From positions 44,914,286 through 44,978,285 of the forward strand of contig NC_057728.1 in NCBI RefSeq assembly GCF_004010195.1: a DNA stretch of 64,000 bases, given 5' to 3'. Below, piece by piece: positions 52,129 to 64,000 of the stretch (position 1 is its first letter; each line of letters begins with the position of its first letter). The notes beneath the pieces were generated by a model. The model saw only the letters and a list, made by a program, of their open reading frames with translations, did not search any database and had not been told where the DNA came from. The position numbers and the translations under genes were made by a program. Origin of the DNA: Chiloscyllium plagiosum. Lineage: Eukaryota.

Positions 52129-54330
52129 GTTGAAAAGTGTGGTGCTGGAAATGTGCAGCAGGCCAGGCAGCACCCAAGGAGCAGGAGAATCGACGTTTCA
52201 GGCATAAGCCCTTCTTCAGGAATGAGGCTGGTTTGCCAAGCGGGCTGAGATGAAAAGTAGGAGGGGTGTAATTTGGGAGGGGAAATGAGGAAGCTGAAGA
52301 AATCTACACTCATCCCGTGTGTTTGGAGGGTTCCTAGGCAGAAGATGAGGCGTTCTTCATCCAGGCGTCGTGTGGCCAGGGTCTGGCGATGGAGAAGACC
52401 AAGGACCAGCATGTCCTTGGTGGAGTGGGAGGGGCAGTTAAAATGTTCAGCCACGGGGCGGTTGGGTTGGTTGGTGCGGGTGTCCCGGAGGTGTTCCCAT
52501 GGACATTCCGCAAGTAGATGGCCTGTCTCCCCAATGTAGAGGAGACCACATCGGGTGCAGCGGATACAGTAAATGATGTGTGTGGAGGTGCAGGTGAATT
52601 TGCGACGGATATGGACGGATCCACTGGGGCCTTGGAGGGAGGTGAGGGGGGAGGTGTGGGCGTAAGCTTTGCACTTCTTGTAGTTGCAGGGGAAGGTGCC
52701 GGGAGTGGAGGTTGGGTTGGTGGGGGGTGTGGACCTGACAAGGGAGTCGCGGAGGAAGTGGTCTCTCCGGAAAGCTGATAGGGGTGGCAAGGGAAATATA
52801 TCCCTGGTGGTGGGGTCTGTTTGGAGGTGGCCGAAATAGCGGAGGATGAAAAGATGTGTCCGAAGGTTGGTGGGGTGGAAGGTGAGGACCAGTGGGGTTC
52901 TGTCCTGGTGGCGATTGGAGGGGTGGGGTTCAAGGGCGGACGTGCGTGAAGTGGAGGAGATGCGGTGGAGAGCATCGTCAACCACGTCGGAGGGGAAATT
53001 GCGGTCTTTGAAGAAGGAGGCCATTTGAGTTGTTCGGTATTGGAATTGGTCCTCCTGGGAGCAGATGCGGCAGAGGCAAAGGAATTGGGAATATGGGATG
53101 GCATTTTTACAGAGGGCAGGGTGGGAGGAGATGTAATCTAGGTAGCTGTGGGAGTCGGTCGGTTTGTAGTAAATGTCTGTGTTGAGTCGTTCGCTCGAGA
53201 TAGAAATGGAGAGGTCTAGGAAGGGGAGGGAGGAGTCTGAGACGGTCCAGGTAAATTTGAGGTCAGGGTGGAAGGTGTTAGTAAAGTGGATGAACTGTCC
53301 AACCTTCTCGTGGGAGCACGAGGTAGCGGCAATACAATCATCGATGTAATGGAGGAAAAGGTGGGGAATGGTGCCAGTGTAGCTACGGAAGATGGACTGT
53401 TCCACATATCTGACGAAGAGGCAGGCATAGCTGGGGCCCATGCGGGTGCCCATGGCTACTCCTTTGGTTTGGAGGAAGTGGGAGCATTGGAAGGAAAAGT
53501 TGTTAACAGTGAGGACCAGTTCAGCCAGTCGAAGGAGGGTGTCAGTGGAAGGGTACTGGTTGGTTCGGCGGGAGAGGAAGAAGAGGAGGGCTTTGAGTCC
53601 TTCGTGATGGCGGATGGAAGTGTATAGGGACTGGATGTCCATCGTGAAGGCGTTGGGGGCCAGGGAAGCGAAAATCATGGAAGAGATGGAGGGCGTGGGT
53701 GGTGTTCCGAAAGTAGTTGGGAGTTCTTGGACTAAGGGGCACAGGACAGTGTCGAGGTATGCAGAGATGAGTTCGGTGGGGCAGGAGCAGGCTGAGACAA
53801 TGGGTCGGCCGGGGCAGTCGGGTTTGTGGATTTTGGGCAGGAGGTAGAAATTGGCGGTGCGGGGTTGTGGGATTATGAGGTTGGAGGCGGTGGATGGGAG
53901 ATCTCCTGAGGTGATGAGGTTATGGATGGTCTGGGAGATTATGGTTTGGTGGTGTGAGGTGGGGTCATGGTCAAGGGGGCAGTAGGAGGAGGTGTCCATG
54001 AGTTGGTGCCTAGCTTCAGCGGTGTAAAGATCGGTACGCCAAACTACCACTGCGCCTCCCTTGTCTGCTGGTTTGATAGTGAGGTTGGGGTTGGGGCGGA
54101 GGGAGTGGAGGGCTGCGCATTGTGAGGGTGAGAAGTTGGAGTGGGTGAGAGGGTGGACAGGTTGACGCAGTCAATGTCACGGCGGCAGTTGGATATGAAG
54201 AGATCGAGGGCAGGTAAAAGGCCAGCACGGGGTGTCCAGGTGGATGGGGTGTGTTGGAGGTTGGAGAAGGGGTCGTCAGAGGGTGGACGAGAGTCCTTGT
54301 TGAAGAAGTAGGCGTGGAGGCGAAGGCGGC
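52129..54330 (-). mobile_element. Penelope-like retroelement, 5'-truncated: RT + GIY-YIG endonuclease + pLTR
   Basis: FYLLPKIHK..PGRPIVS, TMDIQSLYTSI, QTKGVAMGTRMGP, YIDD, LPFLDL, YYKPT, IYCIRCTRCGLLYIGETG; TSD GGATGTATCACT at 52117-52128 and 54331-54342. Confidence 0.97.
52188..52223 (-). ncRNA. Minimal hammerhead ribozyme in the Penelope pLTR (sense to the ORF)
   Basis: AUUC-CUGAAGA-A-GGGC-UUAU-GCCU-GAAACGUC-GAUU. Confidence 0.75.
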
Positions 54331-54944
54331 GGATGTATCACTACCTGGTATGGCAACTGTAGCATTCAAGACCAGAGATGGTTACGGATAGTGGTGTACT
54401 CAGCCCAGACAATCACAAAGGCCAACGTCCCATCTATAGAATCCATCTATCAGACCCGCTGTCAAAGAAAGACCGCCAGCATTCTTAAAGTGCCATCCCA
54501 CCCTGGCAATGTGTTTTTCACAACCTCTACCATCGGGGAGAAGGTACAAAAGCCTGAACACATGCACCACTCGGTTTCAAAACAGTTTCTATCCACTGTT
54601 GTTAGAATACTGAACTGACTCACAAACTCTTAACATTTACCTGTACCTGTGTTTTTGATTTTGTTGCTGTTTAACTATTATTTACTGTCTATGCTACTTG
54701 ACTATGTGATCTGCCTGTATTGCTCGCAAGACAAAACTTTTCACTGTGCCTCAGTACACATGACAATCACTTCAGTTCAATTCAATTCAATTCAATGCAA
54801 ATCCCTCTTACTATACAGTCCATACTATCACATTCCTTTAAGCTCTCCCCATTTGAATGAATCCCTCTACCACAAAGCCACAGTCAGTTAGTCTGTCCGT
54901 CATACAGATCCCACTTTCACCCAAACCAACAGAAAGAATCTCAA

Positions 54945-55121
54945 TAAAAACTGAAAGAACTACGGATGCTGTAAATCAGAAACAAAAATAGAAATGGAAA
55001 AGCTCAGCAAGTCTGGCAGCACTTGTGAAGAGAAATCAAGCTAATGTCTGGAGTCCGGTTCTAAGGAAGGGTTACTGGACCTGAAACGTTAACTCTAATT
55101 TCTGTTTACAGGTCCTGCCAA
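54945..55121. mobile_element. Older Penelope pLTR fold-back with a mutated hammerhead (55057-55094)
   Basis: ggtt-CTAAGGA-a-gggtt-actg-gacct-GAAACGTT-aact; aaagaatctcaa duplicated at 54933-54944 and 55122-55133. Confidence 0.75.
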
Positions 55122-55368
55122 AAAGAATCTCAAACTTGCTTAGCAATTGTCAAGGCTGAACCTCCTGTATTCCTGCTTTCCTAACAGTTTCGCTATCTTG
55201 TCCCCGACCAAATCAGAAGACACAATCTCAATGGGTGTAACTACATCTGGTAAAAAACATCCAGGTAATCTTCCCCCCACACTGACATAGCACAATGTCT
55301 GCAGTTTGCTCTCCTGTTCATAAACTTTGAGCTGAGATTTTGATAGATGCTGACAGTTATTGGATATG

Positions 55369-55566
55369 CATCGAAGAGTGTGTGCTGGAAAAGCACAGTT
55401 GGTCAGGCAGCATCTGAGGAGCAGGAGAATCGAAGCTTCAAGGCCTTCTTTATGCTCGAAACATCAATTTTCCTGCTCCTCGGATGCTGCCTGACTGGCT
55501 GTCCTTTTCCAGCATCACACTATTCGACTCTGACCTCCAGCATCTGTAGTCCTCAGTTTCTCCCAT
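55369..55566. mobile_element. Penelope pLTR-derived palindromic insertion, hammerhead centre deleted
   Basis: Imperfect arms; TSD TTATTGGATATG at 55357-55368 and 55567-55578. Confidence 0.85.
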
Positions 55567-56589
55567 TTATTGGATATGAGCTTGTCCCGGATTATACCTG
55601 TGTCTAGGAGCCCCACATCCTGCATTTATAACATGTTTCCACCCGTTTTTTTTGTCTGAGTCAACTGATTATATTCAAAATTATTGATTTACATTAATGT
55701 CTTGAGCAACCACTTATAGTACTAAACAATAGTATTGCAATAAACCTGAATACTTAAGGATAAAGTGAATAATAGTAGGCTTAGTTTTTTATTACTTCCA
55801 TTTGGTACTATCTCTTAATTAATTGTGAGGTAGGTACTTAACATTTTACACTTTCTTTCCAATATCAACAATTTTCACAATTCTTAACAGTGGTTACTCA
55901 CCAATCAACCACTGTGTTCTCCCAGATTTCCAACTGTCAGATACCCAAGCTGGGCCTCAAAATATTCTTTTAAATATGTGAAAAATACTGTCAATGTTGG
56001 AAATCTGAAATAAACTCAGCAAATCTGACATCTCTGTGGAGAGAGAAACAGTTAGCATTCCAAGTTGAATATGACTTTTTTAGGACTGCAAGTGATTAGA
56101 TACTTTTAATAACTTTTGACAGAGACAGGGGAGAGATAATGGGTGCTGTTGAGGCCTAGTACTAAAGAAAGGGGTTGTTAATGGTAGTTAAAGAGAAAAT
56201 GAGTGATGTAAAGTGGTTGTAAATTAAAGTGTGAATGAGAGAGAGTAGTAACAGGACAAAGTTTCAGTCTATTCTATTCCCCTATTCTAGAGATTTCTTT
56301 CATGTTCTGCCCCCTACATCTCCTCTTGCTGCATTCTTGAAGGTAATGAATCTGGGACTTGAATTAACTTCTCTTCTGACAAATCTGCCAAAGACACAAT
56401 ATTTCCAATAATAATTCTATCATTTATCATTCCTGATTTCAGATCTCCAGAGTCTCAGTTTTTCACTAATCTGCAGAATTCATTAATATAATTACCCATG
56501 GACTCCTCTGGATATGAAGGATTTTGCTTATATCTCACTCTTTCAAGAATTTAATTTATTTTGTGATTAAAGTAATTGTAGAAGTTGTA

Positions 56590-57665
56590 TTAATATAGAA
56601 ACAGGAATAGGCCATTCAGCCCCTTGAGCCTGAGGTAATTACTAATCTGGGATCTACCTCTATACATCTGTCTTTAGTCTTTGTCCTTTAATACATTTGC
56701 TGAACAAAAAAAGTCTTTAAAACTAATAACTGATCTAGCATCAACCACCATTTGTGAAAGAGAGTTCCAATCCTCAACCACTCTTTGTGTGCAGAGTGCT
56801 TCCTAACATCTCTCTTGAGTGGTCTGGCCCTCACTTTTAAACAATGCTCCTAATTCTAGAACCCCCTACCAATGGAAGTAGTTTATCTTTATCGATCCTG
56901 TCTTTTCCTGTTAATATTGCAAAGACTTTGATCAGACAATCCTTTAAGCTTCTAAATTCCAGAGAAAACAGGTCTAATTCATATAATTTCTTCTTATAAT
57001 TTAATCCCTGAAATCCAGGCATCATTCTTGTACACCTACATTGTACACCCTCCAAGGCCAATATCTCCTTCCGAAGCTCTGCTGCTCATATCTGCTCACA
57101 GTTTTACAAGTGAGGTCTAATCAGGTTTTGTACAGATGCAGCATAACTTCTGCATCCTTATACTCCCTTATACTCTATTCTTTTAGATGTAAAGGCTAGC
57201 ATTTCATTAGTCTTTTTGGTTATTTTCTACATCTGAAGACAGCATTTTAAAGATCTAAGCACTTGAACCACCAAGTCTCTTTGGACATCCATGTAGTTAA
57301 CTTTGTACCATCCAGAAAGTACCATGATCTATCTTTTTTTGGTCCAAAATAGATAATCTCACAGTTGCTTTCATGCAACTCCATCTGCCCCAGTTTTGCC
57401 CATTCACCTAATATACCAATATCTCTTTGTAATTTTATACTGTCATCTATACTGGCTACAATGCTGCCTAACTTGGTGTCATCAGGTTCTGGGGATTTGT
57501 CACTCTTTAATTTCATTGATTTCCTCATTACCAATGATTTACTTAAGTTAATTTTATTCTATCTCTCTCCCAATCCACTTTTAATTTCCTTGGGACTTCC
57601 AATCTCCTTTTCTACTGTAAATAATGAGGCAAAGAAATTGTTTAACATATCTGCATTTCCACATA
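56590..57665 (-). mobile_element. Old CR1 with an internal deletion
   Basis: ORFs 56837-57061 and 57247-57534 (KSDKSPEP joined to DDTKLG). Confidence 0.85.
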
Positions 57666-57737
57666 GTCATTGGCATAGTCAGTCTTTAGCGGGCCAATAT
57701 TGTTCCTGACCACCTGCTTTCCATCCTGGTGGTATTA

Positions 57738-59349
57738 AGAAATGAGAGGATCAAATATGAAGGTAGGCTAGCCAGTAATATTAGAAATAATAGTAAAAGT
57801 TTCTTTCAGTACATAAGAAACAAACGACAGGCAAAAGTAGACATTGGGCCACTTCAAACTGATGCAGGAAGCCTAGTGATGGGAGATAAGGAAATAGCAG
57901 GAGAACTTAACAAGTACTTTGCGTCAGTCTTCACAGTGGAAGACATGAGTAATATCCCAAAAATTAAAGGGTGTCACGGGGCTGAGTTGAGTATGGTTGC
58001 CATTACGAAAGAGACAGTGCTAGAAAAGTTAAAAAGTCTTAAAATTGATAAATCTCCTGGCCCCGATGGGATACACCCTAGAGTTCTGAGAGAGGTGGCT
58101 GAGGAAATAGCAGAGGCATTGGTTGAGATCTTTCAAGAGTCACTGGAGTCAGGAAAGGTCCCGGATGATTGGAAGATGGATGTTGTAACCCCCTTGTTCA
58201 AGAAAGGATCAAGACAAAAGATGGAAAATTATAGGCCAATCAGCTTAACCTCAGTTGTTGGTAAAATTCTAGAATCCAAGGTTAAGCTGATTGGCCTATA
58301 ATTTTCCATCTTTTGCCTTGATCCTTTCTAGAACAAGGAGGTTACAACAGCCATCTTCTAATCATCCTTTCCTTCTTCAAACACCCGCTGTCTCACATCT
58401 TTGCGTTTCACATATCATAACCACCCTTTATCGGAGTAACCTCTCCCTCCCACAAGAACTAACTTGCCTAAACGTCCACCCTCCCATTTCACTGAGGTAC
58501 TGCGCAATATAATACTCACATTTGCACTGTTCATTCTGTACTGCTGCAGTCACTGTTTTGGGTGAAAGTGCTCAATCCCATGGTCTACATCTTCAAGCAA
58601 TTCAATCCATTTAGATGCACCTGTTCTGTAATTAATCCTCGTGGAGCAGCTTTTACTGACACGGACAAGAGATTACTGGAGCATCGGGCTCAGGATAAGT
58701 GCACAGCGCAGGATTGAGCAAAAGATGTTTTATTGGAAACGACAGGTTTCTGTGGCTTTCTCCAGTCGTTTATTTCATTTGTTCATTCGGTTCCCCCGAA
58801 ATATTGCGTGCAGTTGCTTGCAGTTTATGCCCGGATCAATAGGGGCATAAAGTGAAGTTAAGAGCTGGAAAGGGTTGGGGAGATATGCAGTTAGGTCTAA
58901 CATATGAGGAACGGCTGAGGATACTGGGATTGTATTTGTTGGAGTTTAGAAGATTAAGGGGAGACTTAATAGAGACGTACAAAATAATACATGGCTTGGA
59001 AAAGGTGGATGCTAGGAAATTGTTTCAGTTAAACGAGGAGACTAGGACCCGTGGACACAGCCTTAGAATTAGAGGGGGTCATTTCAGAACAGAAATGCGG
59101 AGACATTTCTTCAGCCAGAGAGTGGTGGGCCTGTGGAATTCATTGCCACGGAGTGCAGTGGAAGCCGGGATGCTAAATGTCTTCAAGGCCGAGATTGATA
59201 GATTCTTGTTGTCTAGAGGAATTAAGGGCTACGGGGACAATGCTGGTAAGTGGAGCTGAAATGCGCATCAGCCATGATTGAATGGCGGAGTGGACTCGAT
59301 GGGCCGAATGGCCTTACTTCCACTCCTATATCTTATGGTCTTATGGTCT
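57738..59349 (+). mobile_element. Composite CR1 insertion: ORF2 piece, fold-back, foreign DNA, then the 3' end
   Basis: ORF 57729-58301 (KSPGPDGIHPRVL, NYRPISLTS), ORF 58852-59259 and a (tcttatgg)n tail. Confidence 0.9.
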
Positions 59350-59650
59350 TATTATTGCTAAACCAGAAACCCAGTCAATGATCTGGGAACCAAGATTGAA
59401 ATCCCACCATGGCAGATGGTGCAATTCGAATTCAATAAAAATCTGGTGGGAGGAATCTAATGATGACTGTGAAATCATTGTCAATTATCCAAAAGAAACC
59501 TACCTGGTTCAATAATGTCTTTTAGGGAAGGGAACTGACTTCCTTACCTGATCTGGCCAACATGTGACTCCAGACCCACAGCAATGTGGTTGACTCTTCA
59601 CTGCCCTCTGGGCAATTAGAGACGGGCAATATGATGCCCACATCCTGTGA
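59350..59650 (+). mobile_element. tRNA-derived SINE whose head appears split at 57725-57737
   Basis: B-box-like gattgaaatcc and tail catgtgactccagacccacagcaatgtggttgactctt. Confidence 0.75.
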
Positions 59651-62600
59651 GTACATCTCTTTTGATGTCCAATGGGTTCATTTCTGTGAAGTTCTGTGAG
59701 TTTCTTTGGTAGTATCTGTGCCTTCTTTTTTGTTTTGATAATTTATACCATCATCAGCTGTAGTTTCTATTGAATATAGTAGCATATTTTTATTGGTTTG
59801 TGATTTTGAATTTAAATTTGAAGTAACTCTTGAGAATTAAGAATGGATTTCACCATGATGTTCAATCTGTGTTCTACTTTGATTCATCCCTGATATTAAT
59901 TCTTGCTAGTATTATTATTTCCCCTGCACATCTTCCAATATTATTATCTATTCTCCTTACTTTTAAAGCTTTTGAATTCTGCAATATTTCAACGGCTTTC
60001 ATGGCCAAAACACAGTGTATTTAGTTTTCCACAACTTTTTTAAATAAAGCAGTCTCTGTGCAGTTTAAATGTAATCTTTTTGCTCTTACAGTAGTTTAAA
60101 TAATCAATTTTCTGCTCTTACTATAGCATCAAGTCTTTTGACTATTTTCTTCTGTTAGACTCCATGTGCTTTGATACTTGTCTCTTTTGATGCCTCACTT
60201 CTGCTTTGCAATATTCCTGAAGCTACAACATATGTAAAATATCATTGTAAAGTCTTTTAATATCCTTACTGCAGCCATATCTCATCATGAACTTCATTGC
60301 AATGACAGTGCCTACTGAGAGTTCTAAATGCTCTTTCTTTTCACTTCTAATCTTCTCAGATTGCCCTTTTGTGTCATTCATTTAGAGTTTCCCTCTTGAG
60401 AACTCTGTTTCATAGACAAACCATTAACCAAAAATGCTCCTATGGATCTTGCTTCCTCATGGAATCTGTAATTGGTATGTGTAACTAGTCTTTAATTTTT
60501 TGCTGGTTAATTCTGCTTTTCTTATGCTTCTTATCAATTCTGAAGTAAAGGCTTTAGCCTGGAGTGCTGCTTTTCCTTTGTTGGTTTTTCCATGTGCTCC
60601 TGCTGACTGCTTGTTTGTTCAGGCATTTGCAACTGCTGCTATCTGTGAGTAATTTTTAAAGTGGCAAAGTCTTTAAGACTGTAAACTCAATTAATCTTCT
60701 GGAATTTTTTTCCTCCAGTGTTTTTTTTTCCATTATCGCACCTTGTGGTATGAAGCAATGATGCCAATCACTGACTGTCATGTGTATTTGTGGGTAGATG
60801 GGTGCTGCATCATTCCTTTTTTATTCAATGGGTCTGAAAGCTATCTTAAAGAAGAAACAGTAGTAAAAGAACAGCCACTTGTTCGTTTTAGCAAAAGAAC
60901 AAAAGATGTGATTCATTGCAGGATAGCAGTTATATAAAGTTGCATTAGTTAGTTACTATAACTATTGACAGACATAAAAGACACAAGATATAATCGTCTA
61001 TAATCTATCCCTTTTGGGATTCAGAGCTATTCTCCTGATTTCCCCACCCATGGCTGTATGGCAGCCTCAGATTGTGTGGAATTTAATGCATCTCCAACAT
61101 TAACCGTTTCAGAACCATTACCTTGTACAATAATTTCCATTTTACTTCCTTCCCTTTTACTCATTTCCCACTATCCCAAACTCCATTATAAATTTTTAAG
61201 ATCCTTTCCTACCAGAGATATGTACAATGCAAATGAGTTACTTCCAGTCCCTGTGACTCATCAGTGCTGCAACTTCATGTGAATTTTTATGATTGCAGTG
61301 CCCATTTTTGGATTTTCTTTATGTACGTTCTTCTGCCTGAATTACCTAGCATCTTAGATTAGTGAATATTGTGATTGTTGAAGATTGATTGGGAACCAAC
61401 TTGGTACTGAACCTTACTCTCCCAATTCACTGGAAGTCAGATTTACCTGAGAGTTCAGTCTGTGAACTAAATTCATTTTCTCATCAGGGAACTTGATTAC
61501 ATCACACTAGAATGAATAATGCTGGGAAGACAGGAGAGAAGAGAGTGATAAATGGATTAACAGGAATGAGAGATACTCCCATGTACAGAAGGCCAAAATT
61601 AAGCCGGGCAGGAACAAATTAGAAAAGACTCAGTAGAATATGAGCAATTGCCGGCTGGACTGGGAAACAGGAAGCTTCAGGCATTCATAGTATAATTTTA
61701 AAATGGTTCGGGATCCATAAACCACCAAGCATAAATGGCCTTTTTAAATCTCATGAGAGATATTACATTTGATAGACTAGAAATTACTGTTTGCAATTTT
61801 GGCATTTGGATACTTGTCTGACATTCCTGTGTCATGTAACAACATGATCTGTTTTAAATTATGCATGATTTTTCTTACAGTAGACATGTACAGATAGAAC
61901 GTATGTCAAACAAATGCAATCGGTGTTTTACTATTAATATCACTAACAGCAATCTCTGGGACTGATAATTTTAACGATAAATTTGAACAGTTTCATTTCT
62001 AATGTCACAGCAATTGCTTTGTGCTGAGATCAAGGCAAGGAATTGCTTTCAATGATTAAAATGGAAACCAAGAAAGGAGAATCTCATGATGTACATTTAC
62101 AATTTCATTACAAAAAGCACGCAGAAAGTTCATTCAAAATCTTACTCATTTAAAAATAATTCCAAACAGTCTCTTTGGTGTAACTTGCAAAGTAAATTGG
62201 TAACTGGCACCATAGTATGCCAGGATTTGGAGGCAGATTTGTTTCCCTGAAAAATGATTGGATTTATATAGAGAAAATGTGCCCTGATAATACATTGCGA
62301 AGGAATCATTTATGGAAATTCTCTGACAGGCAATTGACAGATTGATAGATTTTAGCAAAATCTCATGTTTTTGGGAGACATGATAATAGCATCTATGTAT
62401 AGACCAGTTGTTAATTCAGGGAGAGTATAGATACTGTTGTGAAGGAAAAGCCACAAATAATTGTCTGTGCAATGCCTTTGATTTGAATTGTTGTTGATTC
62501 CAATCATGTCATCAGATGCCATATTGTTGCATAAATTAGTTACAGATTTCAAAGTTCTGGAGTTCAATGTCATCCTTCAAACATGATTCCAGAGTGCCAG

Positions 62601-63613
62601 ATGTGAAGTTCAGGGTCAACATTGGATAGTCTTCTCCTCCAGGAGAGGACCATGTACCTAAGGAACCTGGCAAGCTAAGAGTATCCAACAATATAATTGA
62701 ACAGGTGACTTGCCTAAATATGAAGCAGTTCTTTCTTAGTGTGGTCTGGCGATTGTCCCATTAAAGTAGATTCCATAAAATGACCTTCAGCCTCAACTAT
62801 ATGTTCTTGCATACATTTTGAAGTTTATTATTGTACATTCCCTAGTAATAGGTTTGAAATGAACTGTAACATGCCATATTTTAAAAGAAACACATTTTTG
62901 TCAAAATGAATACAGCAGCCTTTTAGTTTTGAATAAAATGGTGTAACACTAACTTAGAAAAAATCCTCACTACTGCCACGATGAATGATATGGTTTGGCA
63001 AAACCTTGCATAGATTCACAGCCCTACCACCAATCCTTAATACTGGGATTAGTTGAAACTACTGACACCAACTGGGGAAGCATGCCCACCTGAATTCTTG
63101 GGCAGAAGATAAGTTCAAATTTGGTAAATAGTCAATGTTTATTACAATAAAAGTATATTGTATTTAGTTAGATTATATCCAAGATACATAATTAACTCCT
63201 GTGGCTTACATCAGCTTCAACTTAAGAGTAAGCATACATTTACTGTTACTAAAATATACTCGTATGCACAAGATTTCACTCGAGTTAGCACGTTGAATAT
63301 TTTAGTACCAGTTAGCTCCTCCCAGGAACAGTATCTAATATTTCTGATAGGCAGGGCTAATCCTGTGATCAGTTAACTCTTTCATGTGCTAACTATCTTA
63401 TGCAACATCGCTCTCCAAACCTTTTTTTTATGGTTAACTAATGATTTGTACAATTGTTTCAAAGTAAAGTAGGTTTACCACTACACCATCTCTCCCAAAG
63501 TTTCTGACTTTATGAATGGCTGACAACTTGGTTGGGTTGCAAATCTTGCTGGAGGTTGAAACAACCAGGTGCAGTTTGTTGTTACACTAGAACAACTAAT
63601 GCCAGACAATGTA

Positions 63614-63819
63614 CTGAAAACAACAAATGCTGGAGATCATAGTGGGTCAAACAGAATCCATGGAGAGAGAGCAAGCTAACATTTCGAGTCTGATGAAGAG
63701 TCACCTAGACTCAAAACATTAGCTTGTTCTCTCTCCATGCATACTGCCTGACCTGCTGTGATTTCCAGCATTTGTTGTTTTCAAGACAGATTCCAGCATC
63801 TGCAGTAATTTGTTCCTAC
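63614..63819. mobile_element. Penelope pLTR-derived palindromic insertion with a decayed hammerhead (63690-63720)
   Basis: CTGATGA-a-gagtc-accta-gactc-AAAAC (G12>A); atgccaga(c/g)aatgta duplicated at 63599-63613 and 63820-63834. Confidence 0.85.
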
Positions 63820-64000
63820 ATGCCAGAGAATGTAATTGTGTTTCGGAAACACATAATCTCCTCCATTTAAAGTAATAGCAATCTCCTCCATTTGAAACTG
63901 TACATCACATGAATGTGAACCTTCCATTCTCACACAATCTTTTCAATAATGCCATTTTATCAGATTTAAACATTGTGAAACTGACTGAGCTGTTCAGCGT

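Larger units (their letters stand above)
52093..54796 (+). mobile_element. Rex1/Babar LINE 3' end, split by the Penelope insertion
   Basis: CAIKSILSGCIT | TWYGNCSIQDQRWLRIVVYSAQTITKANVPSIESIYQTRCQRKTASILKVPSHPG; (ttcaa)n tail at ~54771-54796. Confidence 0.9.

Noticed and set aside
52273..53847. Overlapping Pro-rich and Gly/Glu-rich ORFs
   Set aside because: Shadow frames of the C-rich Penelope coding strand.
51960..54050. 696-aa ORF as a host or domesticated gene
   Set aside because: It is a TSD-bounded, 5'-truncated Penelope copy with compensating frameshifts and read-through into flanking repeats.
60000..62800. Possible ancient minus-strand LINE (KGKAALQAKAFTSELIR; GTWSSPGG)
   Set aside because: Similarity is too weak to support by eye; it needs a profile HMM search.

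Overview
Vertebrate nuclear DNA, most likely a shark or other elasmobranch. This is inferred from the repeat complement: HER1-type CR1 LINEs, HE1-type tRNA SINEs, a Deu-domain SINE and abundant Penelope pLTR derivatives. I could not support any host protein-coding exon, so the window reads as intronic or intergenic. It is dominated by decayed mobile DNA: many CR1 copies (one near full length, with ORF1 esterase and EN/RT), a nearly intact Penelope-like element (RT + GIY-YIG) nested in a Rex1/Babar LINE, RTE, L2 and Gypsy remnants, a Harbinger transposase fossil, pogo/Tigger-like MITEs and SINEs. The strongest signals are: (i) minimal hammerhead ribozyme cores in several Penelope-derived elements, many of them short fold-back insertions with 12-15 bp target-site duplications (TSDs); (ii) a full-length tRNA-Trp copy fused to a 5'-truncated CR1, with one apparent TSD around both; (iii) composite insertions that appear to have captured foreign DNA. 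All family assignments are by-eye motif recognition, not database searches. A 470-N assembly gap lies at 46321-46790.
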